Source: Candidatus Mailhella merdavium
GTDB lineage: Bacteria; Desulfobacterota; Desulfovibrionia; Desulfovibrionales; Desulfovibrionaceae
Reading direction: 5' to 3'
NCBI GenBank assembly: GCA_019119045.1
Contig: DWXS01000029.1
Coordinates: 9,571-73,570 of the forward strand
DNA: 64,000 bases
Below the pieces are notes generated by a model, which saw nothing but the letters and a program-made list of their open reading frames with translations, made no database searches and was not told the DNA's origin. Each line of letters starts with the position of its first letter. Position 1 is the first letter of the stretch. Below, in pieces: positions 1-7,592 of the stretch. A program made the translations under genes and the position numbers.

Positions 1-388
1 AACGTGTTTGAGCCACTTCAAGCGCGGTCTTGCGCGCTTCCAGCTGGGATTCATAAGACGCAAGCTGCGCCTTGCTCTTTTCCAGTTCGTTGCGTTGGGT
101 GGTGGAGTCGATATCCGCGATAAGATCGCCTTTTTTGACCTGCTGACCAAGTTCCACATAGAGTTTTTCTATCTGGCCGGAAACCTGCGCGCCGACGTCG
201 ACGGATACGACGGCATCCAGCTCGCCCGATGCGTTGACCGTGGCGAGAATTTCGCCCCTTCGAACGCTTTCCGTAAGATAGTTCATTTCGCTTTGCCCGG
301 CTGCGCTGCTTTTCCAGTACCAGACAGCTCCGGCGCAGAGCAGAACAGTGAGAAAAAGAAGAAAAAATGTTTTTCTGCGAGATTTCAT
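1..388 (-). CDS. MacA-like efflux periplasmic adaptor (membrane fusion protein), truncated by window edge
   Basis: Not in the ORF track; read manually from ATG at 388 with GGAG RBS: MKSRRKTFFLLFLTVLLCAGAVWYW...VRRGEILATVNASGELDAVVSVDVGAQVSGQIEKLYVELGQQVKKGDLIADID, an N-terminal anchor plus the lipoyl-like MFP motif. Confidence 0.85.
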   Translation of the reverse strand, partial: MKSRRKTFFLLFLTVLLCAGAVWYWKSSAAGQSEMNYLTESVRRGEILATVNASGELDAVVSVDVGAQVSGQIEKLYVELGQQVKKGDLIADIDSTTQRNELEKSKAQLASYESQLEARKTALEVAQTR

Positions 389-436
389 ATTCGGCTCCAG
401 GGGATTGCTGTCCGTACATTTAAATTTGGGGGATAC

Positions 437-490
437 ATGGTAGTAACGGTCTCCGGCTCTTGCAAGTAATGAAACGTAACAAAGTGTGAT
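437..490 (-). promoter_or_regulatory. sigma70 promoter (TTGCAA-17-TACCAT) with three 10-bp-period direct repeats upstream (putative OmpR-family box)
   Basis: Minus strand TTGCAA (460-465), 17 bp, TACCAT (437-442); plus strand GTAAT-N5-GTAAC-N5-GTGAT at 466-490. Confidence 0.55.
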
Positions 491-931
491 ACTCACTGAG
501 GGTTACCGGAAGATTGAACGCTTTCCGCCTGCTGACGGGGAATGGAAGGGGATAATGCTCCCTGTTCAAGCTGTGAGCTTCCGGCAAGCCACGTTTTTTC
601 GGTTTTTTGAGAACACAAAGCAAAGAGCGTGCCAGTTGAGAGCTGCCGGAAATATCCGCGTCCGCCTTTATCTTAAATGGTATAAAAGCTGTGTACAGAC
701 AAAAAAGTGTATCTTTTTGTAACAGTTTTATATGCGGTATGGGTAAAAATTACACACATAAGTCAGTACAGAGCAAGAAGAGAGCAGAAAAAGTATGAAA
801 AGTATTGTTTGTTCGCTCAATCTTTTTACATGAATGTTGATCGGCATATTGGCTTATTTTGCAGAATATAAGCTTTTTTCCGGGATTCAAGCCGCGTTAT
901 ATGTCAAATTTCGGGGAAGTTTCATTCTTTT

Positions 932-959
932 TTGACAAGAGACGAGAACTCGGTATAAC
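932..959 (+). promoter_or_regulatory. sigma70 promoter of the DUF3798 ABC operon
   Basis: TTGACA (932-937), 16 bp, TATAAC (954-959). Confidence 0.6.
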
Positions 960-1028
960 AGAAACGTCATCATGGCCCGGACGGGCCGTTCACGAGTCGT
1001 TTTTTTCCTTATAAGGAGGGAAAGAAAG

Positions 1029-2243
1029 GTGAAACGTTTTCTTGCAGCCATGTGTCTGGGCGTAATGGCTTTTGCCAGCCAGGCTTCCGCCGCGGAGCCT
1101 GCCAAAATTCATATCGGTATCTGCACCGGGACTGTTTCTCAGTCTGAAGACGACCTGCGCGGAGCCGAGGCTCTGATTAAGAAGTACGGAGATGTGGCCA
1201 ACGGCGGGATGATCAAGCACATCACCTATCCCGATAACTTCATGACGGAAATGGAAACCACCATTTCCCAGATTGTGTCTTTCGCCGACGACCCCGATAT
1301 GAAGGCCATCATCGTCAACCAGGGTATTCCCGGAACTACGGCTGCATTCCAGCGTGTCCGCGAGCGTCGCCCCGACATTATGCTCTTCTGCGGCGAAGCT
1401 CATGAAGACCCGAACGTCATTGAAAGTGCGGCCGACCTCGTCATCAACGCCGACAATATCAGCCGCGGTTATCTGATCATCGCTGCGGCCAAGAAGCTCG
1501 GTGTGACCGACTTCGTGCATATTTCCTTCCCCCGTCACATGAGCTACGAACTGCTTTCCCGCCGTCGCAACATCATGGAAGCGGCCTGTAAGGATCTGGG
1601 GATCAACTTCCATTTCATGAGCGCGCCCGACCCCACGTCCGACGTCGGTGTGGCCGGCGCCCAGCAGTATATTCTGGAACAGGTTCCCCAGTGGCTCGAC
1701 AAGCTCGGCCCCAAGACGGCTTTCTTCTGCACCAACGACGCGCACACCGAACCTCTGCTCAAGCGTCTGACCGAAGACAAGGGCGGCTATTTCATTGAAG
1801 CGGATCTTCCCTCCCCGCTGATGGGCTATCCCGGCGCACTGGGTATCGATCTTGCCGATGTGTCCGGCGATTTCCCGGCCATTCTCAAGCGCGTTGAAGA
1901 TACGGTCATCTCCAAGGGTGCGGGCGGCCGCATGGGTACTTGGACCTACTCCTACGGCTTCACCAACTCCCTCGGTCTGGGCGAACTGGCCGTCAAGTAC
2001 GCCAAGGAAGGCGTGGAAGGCGGCCGCAGCTTCAGAAGAGCCTTCAAGCTGAACGATCTTTTCGATGCATACAACGCCGCCACCCCCGGTTCCACCTGGA
2101 ACGGCGGCTATTATGTCGATATCGCCACCGGCAAGGAAAAGAAGAATCATGTGCTGGTCTATGAAGACCTGTACATCTTCGGCAAGGGCTATATGCACAT
2201 GACCGAAGTTGAAGTTCCTGAAAAATACAAGAAGATCAAGTAA
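1029..2243 (+). CDS. DUF3798 family ABC transporter substrate-binding protein
   Basis: GTG start after AAGGAGG; signal peptide; HIGICTGTVSQSEDDLRGAE, TYPDNFMTEMETTIS, EADLPSPLMGYPGALG motifs; precedes a CUT2-type ABC. Confidence 0.85.
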   Translation: MKRFLAAMCLGVMAFASQASAAEPAKIHIGICTGTVSQSEDDLRGAEALIKKYGDVANGGMIKHITYPDNFMTEMETTISQIVSFADDPDMKAIIVNQGIPGTTAAFQRVRERRPDIMLFCGEAHEDPNVIESAADLVINADNISRGYLIIAAAKKLGVTDFVHISFPRHMSYELLSRRRNIMEAACKDLGINFHFMSAPDPTSDVGVAGAQQYILEQVPQWLDKLGPKTAFFCTNDAHTEPLLKRLTEDKGGYFIEADLPSPLMGYPGALGIDLADVSGDFPAILKRVEDTVISKGAGGRMGTWTYSYGFTNSLGLGELAVKYAKEGVEGGRSFRRAFKLNDLFDAYNAATPGSTWNGGYYVDIATGKEKKNHVLVYEDLYIFGKGYMHMTEVEVPEKYKKIK

Positions 2244-2256
2244 AATCAATGTATTG

Positions 2257-2290
2257 CGGGAAGGCCGAAGCCTTCCCGCTCCATTTTTCC
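2257..2290 (+). terminator. Hairpin (terminator or mRNA stabiliser) after the substrate-binding gene
   Basis: GCGGGAAGGC-CGAA-GCCTTCCCGC followed by a T-rich tract. Confidence 0.6.
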
Positions 2291-2639
2291 CGACAGCTCC
2301 GTGATTTCGAGCGTATTTCTGTTTCCCTTTTATTTTTGAACGGACTGTCAGGGTATTTTCCCGGTTTCGGCCTCTTTGGGTTTCCTCTGTTTTCGGGAGA
2401 AGCGGATGGCGTTGTGCCTCTTTCACGGCAGGACAGACATTCTCCGGACTCAATATATGTGATGAAGCGGAAACGGAAGAGTTTTTGCCGTCCGGCAATT
2501 TTTATGGTAGAAAAAATACCTCTCCCTGCCGCAAAGGGGGAGGAATTGAACAGGCCTCCGCACTTTCAGGTATTTTCTCCGGCTGGTGCGTACGCGGAGG
2601 CACATACTGTCCGATATAATCTGATACAAAAGGTTTCGC

Positions 2640-4277
2640 ATGGGCGCAGAAGAACCGTTGCTCCGCGTGGAAGGAGTCGGCAAGGCGTATTTTTCCAACC
2701 GTGTGCTGAAGAATGTGAATTTCACCCTCGGCAGAGGGCGTATCCTCGGTCTGGTAGGGGAAAACGGGGCGGGCAAGTCCACCCTCATGAACATTCTTTT
2801 CGGAATGCGCGTTATTCAGGAAACAGGCGGCTACGAGGGGAAGATTTTCATCGATGGGGAAGAAGTCTCCTTCCGCAGTCCCATGGACGCGCTGAAGGCG
2901 GGCATCGGCATGGTGCATCAGGAATTTTCCCTGATTCCCGGCTTTTCCGTTGCAGAAAATATCGTCCTCAATCGCGAGACGCTGATTTATAATCCTCTTG
3001 TTGAGGCTTTCGGCGACAGGCTGACCACCCTGGATCGCGCGGCCATGTCCCGCCGGGCCGACGAAGCCATCAAAAAGCTTAATATCGAGCTTGACAGTTC
3101 GACGCCCATTTCCGAACTGCCCGTAGGGTACAAGCAGTTTACGGAAATTGCCCGCGAAATAGATAAAAAGGGTACCCGGCTGCTGGTGCTGGACGAACCT
3201 ACCGCCGTTCTTACGGAGAGCGAGGCGGAAATACTGCTCGATTCCATGCGGCGCCTTGCCGCCCACGGCATCTCCATCATCTTCATATCGCACCGCCTGC
3301 ATGAGGTGATGAATGTCTGTGACGACATTGTCATCCTCCGGGACGGCGAAGTCGTTCTTCAGACCACACCTGCGGAAACCAGCGTGCGGCAGATCGCCAG
3401 CGCCATGGTCGGGCGACGCATCGACAAGGCGGAAAATGAGCAGCATGAAGAACGCGAGCACGGCGAACCCGTCATGGAGATTCGGAATCTCTGGGTGGAC
3501 ATGCCCGGCGAGACGGTGCGCAACGTCAATCTGACGGTGTACAGGGGAGAAATTCTCGGCATCGGCGGTATGGCCGGTCAGGGAAAGCTGGGCATCGCCA
3601 ACGGAATCATGGGACTGCACCCTGCGGGCGGTCATGTGAGTTTCGAGGGCAGAGAGCTGGAATTGAACCGTCCCTCTTCGCCTTTGTCTGCGGGTATTTC
3701 CGCCGTTTCCGAAGATCGGCGCGGCGTGGGCCTCCTGCTTGAAGAGTCCATTGCCTGGAACATCATCTTCACATCTCTCCAGATGCAGGGCAAATTCCTC
3801 AAACGTTTCGGCCCCGTGAAGATTCGTGACGAAGCGGCCATTGCCGAGTGTGCCCGCAGGTATATTCATGATCTTGAGATCAAGTGTACAAGCGAAAAGC
3901 AGCATGTTCAGGAACTTTCCGGCGGCAATCAGCAGAAGGTCTGCCTGGCAAAGGCTTTTGAGACCCGTCCGAAGCTCCTTTTCGTGGCGGAGCCCACGCG
4001 CGGCATTGATGTCGGCGCAAAAAAAGTGGTGCTGGACACGCTCAAGAGATATAACCGTGAACATGGTATGACCATTGTGGTCATTTCCTCCGAGCTGGAG
4101 GAACTGCGATCGGTCTGCGACCGTATCGCCATCATCGACAAGGGTGCCGTGGCTGGCATCCTGCCCGCGACCTCTCCGTCCGAATCTTTCGGGTATCTGC
4201 TCATGGGCGCCGGAGCGGCGGAGGCCGAAAAGGCCGCGGCGGAAAACTCCAACGGCACGGAGGCGGCACACGCATGA
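2640..4277 (+). CDS. Sugar-type (CUT2) ABC transporter ATP-binding protein with two NBDs
   Basis: GENGAGKST Walker A, LVLDEPT, ISHRL, LSGGNQQKV, EPTRGIDVGAK. Confidence 0.95.
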   Translation: MGAEEPLLRVEGVGKAYFSNRVLKNVNFTLGRGRILGLVGENGAGKSTLMNILFGMRVIQETGGYEGKIFIDGEEVSFRSPMDALKAGIGMVHQEFSLIPGFSVAENIVLNRETLIYNPLVEAFGDRLTTLDRAAMSRRADEAIKKLNIELDSSTPISELPVGYKQFTEIAREIDKKGTRLLVLDEPTAVLTESEAEILLDSMRRLAAHGISIIFISHRLHEVMNVCDDIVILRDGEVVLQTTPAETSVRQIASAMVGRRIDKAENEQHEEREHGEPVMEIRNLWVDMPGETVRNVNLTVYRGEILGIGGMAGQGKLGIANGIMGLHPAGGHVSFEGRELELNRPSSPLSAGISAVSEDRRGVGLLLEESIAWNIIFTSLQMQGKFLKRFGPVKIRDEAAIAECARRYIHDLEIKCTSEKQHVQELSGGNQQKVCLAKAFETRPKLLFVAEPTRGIDVGAKKVVLDTLKRYNREHGMTIVVISSELEELRSVCDRIAIIDKGAVAGILPATSPSESFGYLLMGAGAAEAEKAAAENSNGTEAAHA

Positions 4278-5317
4278 ACCGCGTCAAGAAATTTATCGAG
4301 GAAGCCGGCTGGCCCCGTATCCTCATCGCTGTCTTTCTGGCCGCGCTGTTTGTTACATCGCCCTTTGTGGGGGTGCCTGTAGACGCGGCCTTCAGTGATA
4401 CTCTGGTTCGTTTTGGCATGAACGGCGTGCTGGTGCTGGCCATGGTTCCCATGGTGCAGTCCGGATGCGGACTCAATTTCGGCTTGCCTCTGGGCATCAT
4501 CGCCGGACTGCTCGGCGCGGTCACCAGCGTTGAACTGGAGGCGAAGGGCATTCCCGGCGTATTGACTGCCATGCTCATTGCCACGCCTATAGCCGTGGTT
4601 CTGGGCTGGGGTTACGGGCTGCTCCTGAACAAGGTCAAGGGCGAGGAAATGATGATCGCCACGTATGTGGGATTCTCCTCCGTGGCCTTTATGTGCATCA
4701 TGTGGCTGGTTCTTCCCTATTCCAGCTCCAACATGGTCTGGGGCTATGCGGGAGAGGGCCTGCGTACCACGGTTTCCGTTGAAGAATACTGGCAGAAGGC
4801 CATCAGCGACATAGGCGCGTTCAGTATCGGCGATGCCTTCTATTTCCCTACGGGCATGTTCCTGTTCCTTCTGGTTCTGTGTGCCCTGATGTGGCTCTTC
4901 ATGCGCACGCGCACCGGTACGGCCATGACCACCGTGGGTTCCAATCCGGAATATGCCAAGGCAAGCGGTGTGAACATCAACCGTATGCGCACGCTGTCCG
5001 TTATTCTGTCCACCTGGCTGGGCGCACTGGGCATCATAGTGTATGAGCAGAGTTTCGGCTTTATTCAGCTTTACATGGGCCCCTTCATGATGGCCTTTCC
5101 CGCCGTGGCTGCTCTGCTCATCGGCGGAGCCTCGGTCAAGAAGGCTTCCATCGTCAACGTGATTGTGGGTACCTTCCTGTTCCAGGGCATTCTGACGATG
5201 ACGCCTTCCGTCATCAACAGCATGCTCCAGACCGATATGTCCGAAGTTATCCGTATCATCGTGTCCAACGGCATGATTCTCTATGCTCTGACCCGTGTGA
5301 CGAAGGTGAGATCATGA
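4274..5317 (+). CDS. ABC transporter permease
   Basis: Multi-TM protein, ATGA overlap with the ATPase, RTRTGTAMTTVGSNPEYAKASGVN loop. Confidence 0.9.
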   Translation: MNRVKKFIEEAGWPRILIAVFLAALFVTSPFVGVPVDAAFSDTLVRFGMNGVLVLAMVPMVQSGCGLNFGLPLGIIAGLLGAVTSVELEAKGIPGVLTAMLIATPIAVVLGWGYGLLLNKVKGEEMMIATYVGFSSVAFMCIMWLVLPYSSSNMVWGYAGEGLRTTVSVEEYWQKAISDIGAFSIGDAFYFPTGMFLFLLVLCALMWLFMRTRTGTAMTTVGSNPEYAKASGVNINRMRTLSVILSTWLGALGIIVYEQSFGFIQLYMGPFMMAFPAVAALLIGGASVKKASIVNVIVGTFLFQGILTMTPSVINSMLQTDMSEVIRIIVSNGMILYALTRVTKVRS

Positions 5318-6426
5318 AAAAAATGACCGGCGGCGAAGCCGTCAAACTCTTTTGCGTCCGGAATGCCGTGCCCATTGTGTTTCTCCTGGTGAGTGCCTTC
5401 GGCATATATTATTCCCAGTTCACTGCCGCGTATCTGATTCAGGAAATGCTGACCCGGCTTGCGCGTAACGCCTTCCTCGTGCTTTCTCTGCTTATTCCGA
5501 TCATGGCAGGCATGGGGCTGAACTTCGGGATGGTACTCGGGGCCATGGCCGGACAGATCGGTCTGATATTCATCAGCGACTGGAATGTTTCCGGTCTCTA
5601 CGGCATGACGCTGGCGGCCCTCATTGCCACGCCTCTGGCCATGCTGTTCGGCTGGATGTGCGGGGTAGTGCTGAATAAGGCCAGAGGCCGGGAAATGGTC
5701 ACCTCCTATATTCTCGGCTTTTTCATGAATGGTGTGTATCAGCTTGTCGTACTGTACGGTTTCGGCAGTGTTGTGCCCATTCTCAATCCGGAACTGGTTC
5801 TCTCGCGTGGTTACGGTATCCGCAACGTGACCAATCTGGACGGCATCCGCAACACGCTGGACAACGCCATTCCGCTGGATATTCTCGGTATTCATATTCC
5901 TCTGGCGACCTTCCTCGTCATCGGGGTGTTCTGCCTGTTCATCGTATGGTTCCGGCGCACCAAGCTCGGTCAGGACATGCGGGCTACAGGTCAGGATATC
6001 AGCGTGGCGCACGCGGCGGGTATTCCCGTCATGCGCACCCGCATCATCTCCATCGTGATTTCCACTGTGCTTGCGGCCTATGGTCAGATCATCTTCCTTC
6101 AGAACGTGGGCACACTGAACACCTATAACAGCCATGAACAGGCCGGTGTGTTTGCCATAGCTTCCCTGCTGGTGGGCGGTGCGACCGTGGCCCGGGCCTC
6201 CATCATCAACGTGTTTACCGGCGTGCTGCTCTTTCATCTGATGTTTGTCGTTTCCCCCATGGCCGGCAAGTATCTGGTGGGCGATGCCCAGATCGGCGAG
6301 TACTTCCGTGTGTTCGTCTGCTATGCGATTATTTCCCTTGCGCTGGTGTTGCACGCATGGCGTCGTCATGCAGACAGGGAGCGCGCCCGTGCCGCCCTGC
6401 GCGGAGAAGAGGGAGGTGCCGCATGA
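5314..6426 (+). CDS. ABC transporter permease
   Basis: Multi-TM protein, RRTKLGQDMRATGQDISVAHAAGI loop, ATGA overlap. Confidence 0.9.
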   Translation: MKKMTGGEAVKLFCVRNAVPIVFLLVSAFGIYYSQFTAAYLIQEMLTRLARNAFLVLSLLIPIMAGMGLNFGMVLGAMAGQIGLIFISDWNVSGLYGMTLAALIATPLAMLFGWMCGVVLNKARGREMVTSYILGFFMNGVYQLVVLYGFGSVVPILNPELVLSRGYGIRNVTNLDGIRNTLDNAIPLDILGIHIPLATFLVIGVFCLFIVWFRRTKLGQDMRATGQDISVAHAAGIPVMRTRIISIVISTVLAAYGQIIFLQNVGTLNTYNSHEQAGVFAIASLLVGGATVARASIINVFTGVLLFHLMFVVSPMAGKYLVGDAQIGEYFRVFVCYAIISLALVLHAWRRHADRERARAALRGEEGGAA

Positions 6427-6827
6427 GTCAGCTTTCTGTTCCCCCCAGCCGCCGCCGTGTCATACTCAAGCATATTTTCGTCAATGTCGTCCTTGTATGC
6501 CTGCTCGTCTTGCTTGGCGTATGGTGTTATTCCGAAGGAAAGACCTACAAGCTCATTCTGGGAAATTATGCCTTTACCGGCAGTGACGGGCTGGAATATC
6601 CCGCCCTTGAGGCCGTGGAAGTTTATATAGACAAGGAAGATCCTGTTTTCCTGCTGGAGGATGACAGCGCAACGGGCAACGCTATGGGCAAGCGGCATAC
6701 CATGGTCATCGAGCTGCTTGACGAAGATGATAATCCCATTGAAAGCCGGAAGATACAGTTCACCATTGCCGAACTGAACGAAAATCTCGAGGTGAACGTG
6801 GCGGAATTCTGGTTGCGGGCAAAATAG
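6423..6827 (+). CDS. Small membrane-anchored protein (DUF6672-like) closing the ABC operon
   Basis: ATG at 6423 with GGAGG RBS overlapping the permease stop; one N-terminal TM and an acidic soluble domain. Confidence 0.7.
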   Translation: MSQLSVPPSRRRVILKHIFVNVVLVCLLVLLGVWCYSEGKTYKLILGNYAFTGSDGLEYPALEAVEVYIDKEDPVFLLEDDSATGNAMGKRHTMVIELLDEDDNPIESRKIQFTIAELNENLEVNVAEFWLRAK

Positions 6828-6850
6828 TCCCCATATCAGCTATACAGCCA

Positions 6851-6888
6851 GAAGGCGTTCCGGAAACGGAACGCCTTTTTTGTTTCTT
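6851..6888 (+). terminator. Rho-independent terminator
   Basis: GAAGGCGTTCCG-GAAA-CGGAACGCCTTT followed by TTTGTTT. Confidence 0.85.
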
Positions 6889-7016
6889 TCGCATCCCGGA
6901 AAAATTCTGACGACCGTGCAGATTTGGAGATATCTATTCTCGACCAGGCAGAATATGTTCCGAAGAGTTTGGCAGAGAGAAAGGAATACAGGGCGTGAGA
7001 CGCTCTGAAAAGAATT

Positions 7017-7227
7017 CTGGAGCATGTTCGTTTTGAATTTGCTCCAGCACTTGAGCGAAGCAAGATTTCGCCGCGTCGCCGGTAGAGCTGCCCTGCCGGG
7101 CGCCCGCAAGGTCGTACCGGTAGCGTGGGCGACAGGTAGGGACAGCAGAGCAAGCGTCGCGTCGGAGGCATAAACGCTGCAAGTAAGAGATTGAGCGGCA
7201 GATATCTTCATACCAAGGATACTCTAA
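7017..7227 (+). repeat. Dispersed palindromic-ended repeat, copy A (MITE/REPIN-like)
   Basis: Starts with hairpin CTGGAGCATGTTC-GTTTT-GAATTTGCTCCAG; colinear similarity to 11270-11508 (+) and 56460-56686 (-); ends GCAGATATCTTCA...CTAA. Confidence 0.7.
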
Positions 7228-7273
7228 TCTGTCGAAATAGTAAATTTTATAAAAAGGCTTGACATAGATTGAA

Positions 7274-7322
7274 CAATATAGTTGCTTAGGCAACGAATAA
7301 TGTTGCCTAAGCAACTATATTG
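7274..7322. promoter_or_regulatory. Perfect 21-bp-arm inverted repeat made of two near-palindromic GTTGC-N4-GCAAC boxes (putative MarR operator)
   Basis: CAATATAGTTGCTTAGGCAAC-GAATAAT-GTTGCCTAAGCAACTATATTG, just downstream of TTGACA (7259-7264) and 24 bp before the ferredoxin ATG. Confidence 0.75.
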
Positions 7323-7346
7323 CTGTTTTCCACGTAAGGAGTTCTC

Positions 7347-7592
7347 ATGCCTCCGGTTATTGACGCTTCCAGGTGTACGGGCTGCGGCACCTGTGCCGCG
7401 ATTTGTAATTCGCAGATATTCCGTTTTGATCGTGCGGCAGATCGGGTTCCCCGCGTGGTGTTTCCCGACGAGTGCTGGCATTGCGATGCCTGTCGGCTGG
7501 ATTGCCCGAGCGGGGCAATACGTCTTCGCCTCCCTCTGTCGTTGATGCTGCTGCACATTGACGCCCCGTCCGGGCAGGGGAGGCAGTCATGA
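7347..7592 (+). CDS. 2x[4Fe-4S] ferredoxin, AprB-like
   Basis: CTGCGTCAAIC and DECWHCDACRLDCPSGAI...LP, as in APS reductase beta-type subunits; AAGGAG RBS. Confidence 0.85.
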   Translation: MPPVIDASRCTGCGTCAAICNSQIFRFDRAADRVPRVVFPDECWHCDACRLDCPSGAIRLRLPLSLMLLHIDAPSGQGRQS

